Positions 27,694-38,937 of a stretch of DNA of 64,000 nucleotides are shown here, in pieces. The notes under the pieces were generated by a model. The model was given only the letters and a program-made list of their open reading frames with translations, had not been told where the DNA came from and made no database searches. The position numbers were made by a program, and so were the translations under genes. The stretch's first letter is position 1. Every line of letters begins with the position of its first letter. Source of the DNA: the human T2T-CHM13v2.0 reference genome, Homo sapiens. The DNA lies in the NCBI RefSeq assembly GCF_009914755.1, contig NC_060931.1; one strand, 5' to 3'.

Positions 27694-29737
27694 GAATTCT
27701 CAGTAAATTCTTTGTGTTGTGTGCATTCAACTCACAGAGTGGAACGTCCCTTTAGACACAGCAGATTTGAAACACTCTTTTTGCGGAATTTGCAAGTGGA
27801 GATTTCTAGCCATTTGATGCCAACAGTAGAAAGGGAAATATCTTCAAATAAAAACCAGACAGAATCATTCTCAGCAAATTCTTTGTGATGTGTGCGTTCA
27901 ACTCACATAGTTTAACCTTTCTTTTCATAGAGCAGTTTGGAAACACTCTGTTTGTAAAGTCTGCAAGTGGATATATGGACCGCATTGAGGCCTTCGTTGG
28001 AAACGGGATTTCTTCATTTCATGCTAGACAGAAGAATTCTCAGTAACTTCTTTGTGCTGTGTGTATTCAACTCACAGAGTGGAACGTCCCTTTGCACAGA
28101 GCAGATTTGAAACACTCTTTTTGTGGAGTTTGCAAGTGGAGATTTCAAGCGATTTGATGCCAACAGTAGAAAAGGAAATATCTTCAAATAAAAACTAGAC
28201 AGAATCATTCTCAGAAACTACTTTGTGATGTGTGCCTTCAACTCACAGAGTTCAACCTTTCTTTTCTTAGAGCAGTTTAGAAACACTCTGCTTGTTATGT
28301 CTGCAAGTGGATATTTGGACCTCTTTGAGGCCTTCGTTGCAAACGGGGTTTCTTCCTTTCATGCTAGACTAAGAAGAGTTCTCAGTAACTTTTTTGTGTT
28401 GTGTGTATTCAACTCACAGAGTTGAACCTTGCTTTAGAGAGAGCAGATTTGAAACACTCTTGCTGTGGCATTTTCAGGTGGAGATTTCAAGCGATTTGAG
28501 GACAATTGCAGAAAAGGAAATATCTTCGTATAATAACCAGACAGAATCATTCTCAGAAAGTGCTTTGTGATGTGTGCGTTCAACTCACAGAGTTTAACCT
28601 TTCTTTTCATAGAGGAGTTTGGAAACACACTGTTTGTAAAGTCTGCAAGTGGATACATGGACCTGTTTGAGGCCTTCGTTGGAAACGGGATTTCTTCATT
28701 GAATGCTAGACGGAAGAATTCTCAGTAAATTCTTTGTGTTGTGTGCATTCAACTCACAGAGTGGAACGTCCCTTTAGACAGAGCAGATTTGAAACACTCT
28801 TTTTGCGGAATTTGCAAGTGGAGATTTCTAGCCATTTGATGCCAACAGTAGAAAGGGAAATATCTTCAAATAAAAACCAGACAGAATCATTCTCAGAAAA
28901 TTCTTTGTGATGTGTGCGTTCAACTCACATAGTTTAACCTTTCTTTTCATAGAGCAGTTTGGAAACACTCTGTTTGTAAAGTCTGCAAGTGGATATATGG
29001 ACCGCATTGAGGCCTTCGTTGGAAACGGGATTTCTTCATTTCATGCTAGACAGAAGAATTCTCAGTAACTTCTTTGTGCTGTGTGTATTCAACTCACAGA
29101 GTGGAACGTCCCTTTGCACAGAGCAGATTTGAAACACTCTTTTTGTGGAGTTTGCAAGTGGAGATTTCAAGCGATTTGATGCCAACAGTAGAAAAGGAAA
29201 TATCTTCAAATAAAAACTAGACAGAATCATTCTCAGAAACTACTTTGTGATGTGTGCCTTCAACTCACAGAGTTCAACCTTTCTTTTCTTAGAGCAGTTT
29301 AGAAACACTCTGCTTGTTATGTCTGCAAGTGGATATTTGGACCTCTTTGAGGCCTTCGTTGCAAACGGGGTTTCTTCCTTTCATGCTAGACTAAGAAGAG
29401 TTCTCAGTAACTTTTTTGTGTTGTGTGTATTCAACTCACAGAGTTGAACCTTGCTTTAGAGAGAGCAGATTTGAAACACTCTTGCTGTGGCATTTTCAGG
29501 TGGAGATTTCAAGCGATTTGAGGACAATTGCAGAAAAGGAAATATCTTCGTATAATAACCAGACAGAATCATTCTCAGAAAGTGCTTTGTGATGTGTGCG
29601 TTCAACTCACAGAGTTTAACCTTTCTTTTCATAGAGGAGTTTGGAAACACACTGTTTGTAAAGTCTGCAAGTGGATACATGGACCTGTTTGAGGCCTTCG
29701 TTGGAAACGGGATTTCTTCATTGAATGCTAGACGGAA

Positions 29738-30419
29738 GAATTCTCAGTAAATTCTTTGTGTTGTGTGCATTCAACTCACAGAGTGGAACGTCCCTTTAGA
29801 CAGAGCAGATTTGAAACACTCTTTTTGCGGAATTTGCAAGTGGAGATTTCTAGCCATTTGATGCCAACAGTAGAAAGGGAAATATCTTCAAATAAAAACT
29901 AGACAGAATCATTCTCAGAAAATTCTTTGTGATGTGTGCCTTCAACTCACAGAGTTTAACCTTTCTTTTCTTAGAGCAGTTTAGAAACACTCTGCTTGTT
30001 ATGTCTGCAAGTGGATATTTGGACCTCTTTGAGGCCTTCGTTGCAAACGGGGTTTCTTCCTTTCATGCTAGACTAAGAAGAGTTCTCAGTAACTTTTTTG
30101 TGTTGTGTGTATTCAACTCACAGAGTTGAACCTTGCTTTAGAGAGAGCAGATTTGAAACACTCTTGCTGTGGCATTTTCAGGTGGAGATTTCAAGCGATT
30201 TGAGGACAATTGCAGAAAAGGAAATATCTTCGTATAATAACCAGACAGAATCATTCTCAGAAAGTGCTTTGTGATGTGTGCGTTCAACTCACAGAGTTTA
30301 ACCTTTCTTTTCATAGAGGAGTTTGGAAACACACTGTTTGTAAAGACTGCAAGTGGATATATGGACCTGTTTGAGGCCTTCGTTGGAAACGGGATTTCTT
30401 CATTGAATGCTAGACGGAA
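29738..30419 (+). repeat. 4-mer HOR variant type 1 (682 bp)
   Basis: Anchor spacing 29456->30138; same junction. Confidence 0.95.
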
Positions 30420-32463
30420 GAATTCTCAGTAAATTCTTTGTGTTGTGTGCATTCAACTCACAGAGTGGAACGTCCCTTTAGACACAGCAGATTTGAAACA
30501 CTCTTTTTGCGGAATTTGCAAGTGGAGATTTCTAGCCATTTGATGCCAACAGTAGAAAGGGAAATATCTTCAAATAAAAACCAGACAGAATCATTCTCAG
30601 CAAATTCTTTGTGATGTGTGCGTTCAACTCACATAGTTTAACCTTTCTTTTCATAGAGCAGTTTGGAAACACTCTGTTTGTAAAGTCTGCAAGTGGATAT
30701 ATGGACCGCATTGAGGCCTTCGTTGGAAACGGGATTTCTTCATTTCATGCTAGACAGAAGAATTCTCAGTAACTTCTTTGTGCTGTGTGTATTCAACTCA
30801 CAGAGTGGAACGTCCCTTTGCACAGAGCAGATTTGAAACACTCTTTTTGTGGAGTTTGCAAGTGGAGATTTCAAGCGATTTGATGCCAACAGTAGAAAAG
30901 GAAATATCTTCAAATAAAAACTAGACAGAATCATTCTCAGAAACTACTTTGTGATGTGTGCCTTCAACTCACAGAGTTCAACCTTTCTTTTCTTAGAGCA
31001 GTTTAGAAACACTCTGCTTGTTATGTCTGCAAGTGGATATTTGGACCTCTTTGAGGCCTTCGTTGCAAACGGGGTTTCTTCCTTTCATGCTAGACTAAGA
31101 AGAGTTCTCAGTAACTTTTTTGTGTTGTGTGTATTCAACTCACAGAGTTGAACCTTGCTTTAGAGAGAGCAGATTTGAAACACTCTTGCTGTGGCATTTT
31201 CAGGTGGAGATTTCAAGCGATTTGAGGACAATTGCAGAAAAGGAAATATCTTCGTATAATAACCAGACAGAATCATTCTCAGAAAGTGCTTTGTGATGTG
31301 TGCGTTCAACTCACAGAGTTTAACCTTTCTTTTCATAGAGGAGTTTGGAAACACACTGTTTGTAAAGTCTGCAAGTGGATACATGGACCTGTTTGAGGCC
31401 TTCGTTGGAAACGGGATTTCTTCATTGAATGCTAGACGGAAGAATTCTCAGTAAATTCTTTGTGTTGTGTGCATTCAACTCACAGAGTGGAACGTCCCTT
31501 TAGACAGAGCAGATTTGAAACACTCTTTTTGCGGAATTTGCAAGTGGAGATTTCTAGCCATTTGATGCCAACAGTAGAAAGGGAAATATCTTCAAATAAA
31601 AACCAGACAGAATCATTCTCAGAAAATTCTTTGTGATGTGTGCGTTCAACTCACATAGTTTAACCTTTCTTTTCATAGAGCAGTTTGGAAACACTCTGTT
31701 TGTAAAGTCTGCAAGTGGATATATGGACCGCATTGAGGCCTTCGTTGGAAACGGGATTTCTTCATTTCATGCTAGACAGAAGAATTCTCAGTAACTTCTT
31801 TGTGCTGTGTGTATTCAACTCACAGAGTGGAACGTCCCTTTGCACAGAGCAGATTTGAAACACTCTTTTTGTGGAGTTTGCAAGTGGAGATTTCAAGCGA
31901 TTTGATGCCAACAGTAGAAAAGGAAATATCTTCAAATAAAAACTAGACAGAATCATTCTCAGAAACTACTTTGTGATGTGTGCCTTCAACTCACAGAGTT
32001 CAACCTTTCTTTTCTTAGAGCAGTTTAGAAACACTCTGCTTGTTATGTCTGCAAGTGGATATTTGGACCTCTTTGAGGCCTTCGTTGCAAACGGGGTTTC
32101 TTCCTTTCATGCTAGACTAAGAAGAGTTCTCAGTAACTTTTTTGTGTTGTGTGTATTCAACTCACAGAGTTGAACCTTGCTTTAGAGAGAGCAGATTTGA
32201 AACACTCTTGCTGTGGCATTTTCAGGTGGAGATTTCAAGCGATTTGAGGACAATTGCAGAAAAGGAAATATCTTCGTATAATAACCAGACAGAATCATTC
32301 TCAGAAAGTGCTTTGTGATGTGTGCGTTCAACTCACAGAGTTTAACCTTTCTTTTCATAGAGGAGTTTGGAAACACACTGTTTGTAAAGTCTGCAAGTGG
32401 ATACATGGACCTGTTTGAGGCCTTCGTTGGAAACGGGATTTCTTCATTGAATGCTAGACGGAA

Positions 32464-33145
32464 GAATTCTCAGTAAATTCTTTGTGTTGTGTGCATTCAA
32501 CTCACAGAGTGGAACGTCCCTTTAGACAGAGCAGATTTGAAACACTCTTTTTGCGGAATTTGCAAGTGGAGATTTCTAGCCATTTGATGCCAACAGTAGA
32601 AAGGGAAATATCTTCAAATAAAAACTAGACAGAATCATTCTCAGAAAATTCTTTGTGATGTGTGCCTTCAACTCACAGAGTTTAACCTTTCTTTTCTTAG
32701 AGCAGTTTAGAAACACTCTGCTTGTTATGTCTGCAAGTGGATATTTGGACCTCTTTGAGGCCTTCGTTGCAAACGGGGTTTCTTCCTTTCATGCTAGACT
32801 AAGAAGAGTTCTCAGTAACTTTTTTGTGTTGTGTGTATTCAACTCACAGAGTTGAACCTTGCTTTAGAGAGAGCAGATTTGAAACACTCTTGCTGTGGCA
32901 TTTTCAGGTGGAGATTTCAAGCGATTTGAGGACAATTGCAGAAAAGGAAATATCTTCGTATAATAACCAGACAGAATCATTCTCAGAAAGTGCTTTGTGA
33001 TGTGTGCGTTCAACTCACAGAGTTTAACCTTTCTTTTCATAGAGGAGTTTGGAAACACACTGTTTGTAAAGACTGCAAGTGGATATATGGACCTGTTTGA
33101 GGCCTTCGTTGGAAACGGGATTTCTTCATTGAATGCTAGACGGAA
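32464..33145 (+). repeat. 4-mer HOR variant type 1 (682 bp)
   Basis: Anchor spacing 32182->32864; same junction. Confidence 0.95.
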
Positions 33146-36100
33146 GAATTCTCAGTAAATTCTTTGTGTTGTGTGCATTCAACTCACAGAGTGGAACGTC
33201 CCTTTAGACAGAGCAGATTTGAAACACTCTTTTTGCGGAATTTGCAAGTGGAGATTTCTAGCCATTTGATGCCAACAGTAGAAAGGGAAATATCTTCAAA
33301 TAAAAACCAGACAGAATCATTCTCAGCAAATTCTTTGTGATGTGTGCGTTCAACTCACATAGTTTAACCTTTCTTTTCATAGAGCAGTTTGGAAACACTC
33401 TGTTTGTAAAGTCTGCAAGTGGATATATGGACCGCATTGAGGCCTTCGTTGGAAACGGGATTTCTTCATTTCATGCTAGACAGAAGAATTCTCAGTAACT
33501 TCTTTGTGCTGTGTGTATTCAACTCACAGAGTGGAACGTCCCTTTGCACAGAGCAGATTTGAAACACTCTTTTTGTGGAGTTTGCAAGTGGAGATTTCAA
33601 GCGATTTGATGCCAACAGTAGAAAAGGAAATATCTTCAAATAAAAACTAGACAGAATCATTCTCAGAAACTACTTTGTGATGTGTGCCTTCAACTCACAG
33701 AGTTCAACCTTTCTTTTCTTAGAGCAGTTTAGAAACACTCTGCTTGTTATGTCTGCAAGTGGATATTTGGACCTCTTTGAGGCCTTCGTTGCAAACGGGG
33801 TTTCTTCCTTTCATGCTAGACTAAGAAGAGTTCTCAGTAACTTTTTTGTGTTGTGTGTATTCAACTCACAGAGTTGAACCTTGCTTTAGAGAGAGCAGAT
33901 TTGAAACACTCTTGCTGTGGCATTTTCAGGTGGAGATTTCAAGCGATTTGAGGACAATTGCAGAAAAGGAAATATCTTCGTATAATAACCAGACAGAATC
34001 ATTCTCAGAAAGTGCTTTGTGATGTGTGCGTTCAACTCACAGAGTTTAACCTTTCTTTTCATAGAGGAGTTTGGAAACACACTGTTTGTAAAGTCTGCAA
34101 GTGGATACATGGACCTGTTTGAGGCCTTCGTTGGAAACGGGATTTCTTCATTGAATGCTAGACGGAAGAATTCTCAGTAAATTCTTTGTGTTGTGTGCAT
34201 TCAACTCACAGAGTGGAACGTCCCTTTAGACAGAGCAGATTTGAAACACTCTTTTTGCGGAATTTGCAAGTGGAGATTTCTAGCCATTTGATGCCAACAG
34301 TAGAAAGGGAAATATCTTCAAATAAAAACCAGACAGAATCATTCTCAGAAAATTCTTTGTGATGTGTGCGTTCAACTCACATAGTTTAACCTTTCTTTTC
34401 ATAGAGCAGTTTGGAAACACTCTGTTTGTAAAGTCTGCAAGTGGATATATGGACCGCATTGAGGCCTTCGTTGGAAACGGGATTTCTTCATTTCATGCTA
34501 GACAGAAGAATTCTCAGTAACTTCTTTGTGCTGTGTGTATTCAACTCACAGAGTGGAACGTCCCTTTGCACAGAGCAGATTTGAAACACTCTTTTTGTGG
34601 AGTTTGCAAGTGGAGATTTCAAGCGATTTGATGCCAACAGTAGAAAAGGAAATATCTTCAAATAAAAACTAGACAGAATCATTCTCAGAAACTACTTTGT
34701 GATGTGTGCCTTCAACTCACAGAGTTCAACCTTTCTTTTCTTAGAGCAGTTTAGAAACACTCTGCTTGTTATGTCTGCAAGTGGATATTTGGACCTCTTT
34801 GAGGCCTTCGTTGCAAACGGGGTTTCTTCCTTTCATGCTAGACTAAGAAGAGTTCTCAGTAACTTTTTTGTGTTGTGTGTATTCAACTCACAGAGTTGAA
34901 CCTTGCTTTAGAGAGAGCAGATTTGAAACACTCTTGCTGTGGCATTTTCAGGTGGAGATTTCAAGCGATTTGAGGACAATTGCAGAAAAGGAAATATCTT
35001 CGTATAATAACCAGACAGAATCATTCTCAGAAAGTGCTTTGTGATGTGTGCGTTCAACTCACAGAGTTTAACCTTTCTTTTCATAGAGGAGTTTGGAAAC
35101 ACACTGTTTGTAAAGTCTGCAAGTGGATACATGGACCTGTTTGAGGCCTTCATTGGAAACGGGATTTCTTCATTGAATGCTAGACGGAAGAATTCTCAGT
35201 AAATTCTTTGTGTTGTGTGCATTCAACTCACAGAGTGGAACGTCCCTTTAGACAGAGCAGATTTGAAACACTCTTTTTGCGGAATTTGCAAGTGGAGATT
35301 TCTAGCCATTTGATGCCAACAGTAGAAAGGGAAATATCTTCAAATAAAAACCAGACAGAATCATTCTCAGAAAATTCTTTGTGATGTGTGCGTTCAACTC
35401 ACATAGTTTAACCTTTCTTTTCATAGAGCAGTTTGGAAACACTCTGTTTGTAAAGTCTGCAAGTGGATATATGGACCGCATTGAGGCCTTCGTTGGAAAC
35501 GGGATTTCTTCATTTCATGCTAGACAGAAGAATTCTCAGTAACTTCTTTGTGCTGTGTGTATTCAACTCACAGAGTGGAACGTCCCTTTACACAGAGCAG
35601 ATTTGAAACACTCTTTTTGTGGAGTTTGCAAGTGGAGATTTCAAGCGATTTGATGCCAACAGTAGAAAAGGAAATATCTTCAAATAAAAACTAGACAGAA
35701 TCATTCTCAGAAACTACTTTGTGATGTGTGCCTTCAACTCACAGAGTTTAACCTTTCTTTTCTTAGAGCAGTTTAGAAACACTCTGCTTGTTATGTCTGC
35801 AAGTGGATATTTGGACCTCTTTGAGGCCTTCGTTGCAAACGGGGTTTCTTCCTTTCATGCTAGACTAAGAAGAGTTCTCAGTAACTTTTTTGTGTTGTGT
35901 GTATTCAACTCACAGAGTTGAACCTTGCTTTAGAGAGAGCAGATTTGAAACACTCTTGCTGTGGCATTTTCAGGTGGAGATTTCAAGCGATTTGAGGACA
36001 ATTGCAGAAAAGGAAATATCTTCGTATAATAACCAGACAGAATCATTCTCAGAAAGTGCTTTGTGATGTGTGCGTTCAACTCACAGAGTTTAACCTTTCT

Positions 36101-38255
36101 TTTCATAGAGGAGTTTGGAAACACACTGTTTGTAAAGTCTGCAAGTGGATACATGGACCTGTTTGAGGCCTTCGTTGGAAACGGGATTTCTTCATTGAAT
36201 GCTAGACGGAAGAATTCTCAGTAAATTCTTTGTGTTGTGTGCATTCAACTCACAGAGTGGAACGTCCCTTTAGACAGAGCAGATTTGAAACACTCTTTTT
36301 GCGGAATTTGCAAGTGGAGATTTCTAGCCATTTGATGCCAACAGTAGAAAGGGAAATATCTTCAAATAAAAACCAGACAGAATCATTCTCAGCAAATTCT
36401 TTGTGATGTGTGCGTTCAACTCACATAGTTTAACCTTTCTTTTCATAGAGCAGTTTGGAAACACTCTGTTTGTAAAGTCTGCAAGTGGATATATGGACCG
36501 CATTGAGGCCTTCGTTGGAAACGGGATTTCTTCATTTCATGCTAGACAGAAGAATTCTCAGTAACTTCTTTGTGCTGTGTGTATTCAACTCACAGAGTGG
36601 AACGTCCCTTTGCACAGAGCAGATTTGAAACACTCTTTTTGTGGAGTTTGCAAGTGGAGATTTCAAGCGATTTGATGCCAACAGTAGAAAAGGAAATATC
36701 TTCAAATAAAAACTAGACAGAATCATTCTCAGAAACTACTTTGTGATGTGTGCCTTCAACTCACAGAGTTCAACCTTTCTTTTCTTAGAGCAGTTTAGAA
36801 ACACTCTGCTTGTTATGTCTGCAAGTGGATATTTGGACCTCTTTGAGGCCTTCGTTGCAAACGGGGTTTCTTCCTTTCATGCTAGACTAAGAAGAGTTCT
36901 CAGTAACTTTTTTGTGTTGTGTGTATTCAACTCACAGAGTTGAACCTTGCTTTAGAGAGAGCAGATTTGAAACACTCTTGCTGTGGCATTTTCAGGTGGA
37001 GATTTCAAGCGATTTGAGGACAATTGCAGAAAAGGAAATATCTTCGTATAATAACCAGACAGAATCATTCTCAGAAAGTGCTTTGTGATGTGTGCGTTCA
37101 ACTCACAGAGTTTAACCTTTCTTTTCATAGAGGAGTTTGGAAACACACTGTTTGTAAAGTCTGCAAGTGGATACATGGACCTGTTTGAGGCCTTCGTTGG
37201 AAACGGGATTTCTTCATTGAATGCTAGACGGAAGAATTCTCAGTAAATTCTTTGTGTTGTGTGCATTCAACTCACAGAGTGGAACGTCCCTTTAGACAGA
37301 GCAGATTTGAAACACTCTTTTTGCGGAATTTGCAAGTGGAGATTTCTAGCCATTTGATGCCAACAGTAGAAAGGGAAATATCTTCAAATAAAAACCAGAC
37401 AGAATCATTCTCAGCAAATTCTTTGTGATGTGTGCGTTCAACTCACATAGTTTAACCTTTCTTTTCATAGAGCAGTTTGGAAACACTCTGTTTGTAAAGT
37501 CTGCAAGTGGATATATGGACCGCATTGAGGCCTTCGTTGGAAACGGGATTTCTTCATTTCATGCTAGACAGAAGAATTCTCAGTAACTTCTTTGTGCTGT
37601 GTGTATTCAACTCACAGAGTGGAACGTCCCTTTGCACAGAGCAGATTTGAAACACTCTTTTTGTGGAGTTTGCAAGTGGAGATTTCAAGCGATTTGATGC
37701 CAACAGTAGAAAAGGAAATATCTTCAAATAAAAACTAGACAGAATCATTCTCAGAAACTACTTTGTGATGTGTGCCTTCAACTCACAGAGTTCAACCTTT
37801 CTTTTCTTAGAGCAGTTTAGAAACACTCTGCTTGTTATGTCTGCAAGTGGATATTTGGACCTCTTTGAGGCCTTCGTTGCAAACGGGGTTTCTTCCTTTC
37901 ATGCTAGACTAAGAAGAGTTCTCAGTAACTTTTTTGTGTTGTGTGTATTCAACTCACAGAGTTGAACCTTGCTTTAGAGAGAGCAGATTTGAAACACTCT
38001 TGCTGTGGCATTTTCAGGTGGAGATTTCAAGCGATTTGAGGACAATTGCAGAAAAGGAAATATCTTCGTATAATAACCAGACAGAATCATTCTCAGAAAG
38101 TGCTTTGTGATGTGTGCGTTCAACTCACAGAGTTTAACCTTTCTTTTCATAGAGGAGTTTGGAAACACACTGTTTGTAAAGTCTGCAAGTGGATACATGG
38201 ACCTGTTTGAGGCCTTCGTTGGAAACGGGATTTCTTCATTGAATGCTAGACGGAA

Positions 38256-38937
38256 GAATTCTCAGTAAATTCTTTGTGTTGTGTGCATTCAACTCACAGA
38301 GTGGAACGTCCCTTTAGACAGAGCAGATTTGAAACACTCTTTTTGCGGAATCTGCAAGTGGAGATTTCTAGCCATTTGATGCCAACAGTAGAAAGGGAAA
38401 TATCTTCAAATAAAAACTAGACAAAATCATTCTCAGAAAATTCTTTGTGATGTGTGCCTTCAACTCACAGAGTTTAACCTTTCTTTTCTTAGAGCAGTTT
38501 AGAAACACTCTGCTTGTTACGTCTGCAAGTGGATAATTGGACCTCTTTGAGGCCTTCGTTGCAAACGGGGTTTCTTCCTTTCATGCTAGACTAAGAAGAG
38601 TTCTCAGTAACTTTTTTGTGTTGTGTGTATTCAACTCACAGAGTTGAACCTTGCTTTAGAGAGAGCAGATTTGAAACACTCTTGCTGTGGCATTTTCAGG
38701 TGGAGATTTCAAGCGATTTGAGGACAATTGCAGAAAAGGAAATATCTTCGTATAATAACCAGACAGAATCATTCTCAGAAAGTGCTTTGTGATGTGTGCG
38801 TTCAACTCACAGAGTTTAACCTTTCTTTTCATAGAGGAGTTTGGAAACACACTGTTTGTAAAGACTGCAAGTGGATATATGGACCTGTTTGAGGCCTTCG
38901 TTGGAAACGGGATTTCTTCATTGAATGCTAGACGGAA
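38256..38937 (+). repeat. 4-mer HOR variant type 1 (682 bp), diverged copy
   Basis: Anchor spacing 37974->38656; same junction, plus extra SNVs at 38352, 38424, 38520, 38536. Confidence 0.95.

Larger units (their letters stand above)
24286..33145 (+). repeat. 2726-bp super-repeat (4-mer + 6-mer + 6-mer = 16 monomers), three full periods plus a fourth 4-mer
   Basis: 4-mers start at 24286, 27012, 29738, 32464 (spacing 2726 = 682 + 2x1022); the same spacing occurs at 10998->13724. Confidence 0.9.
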
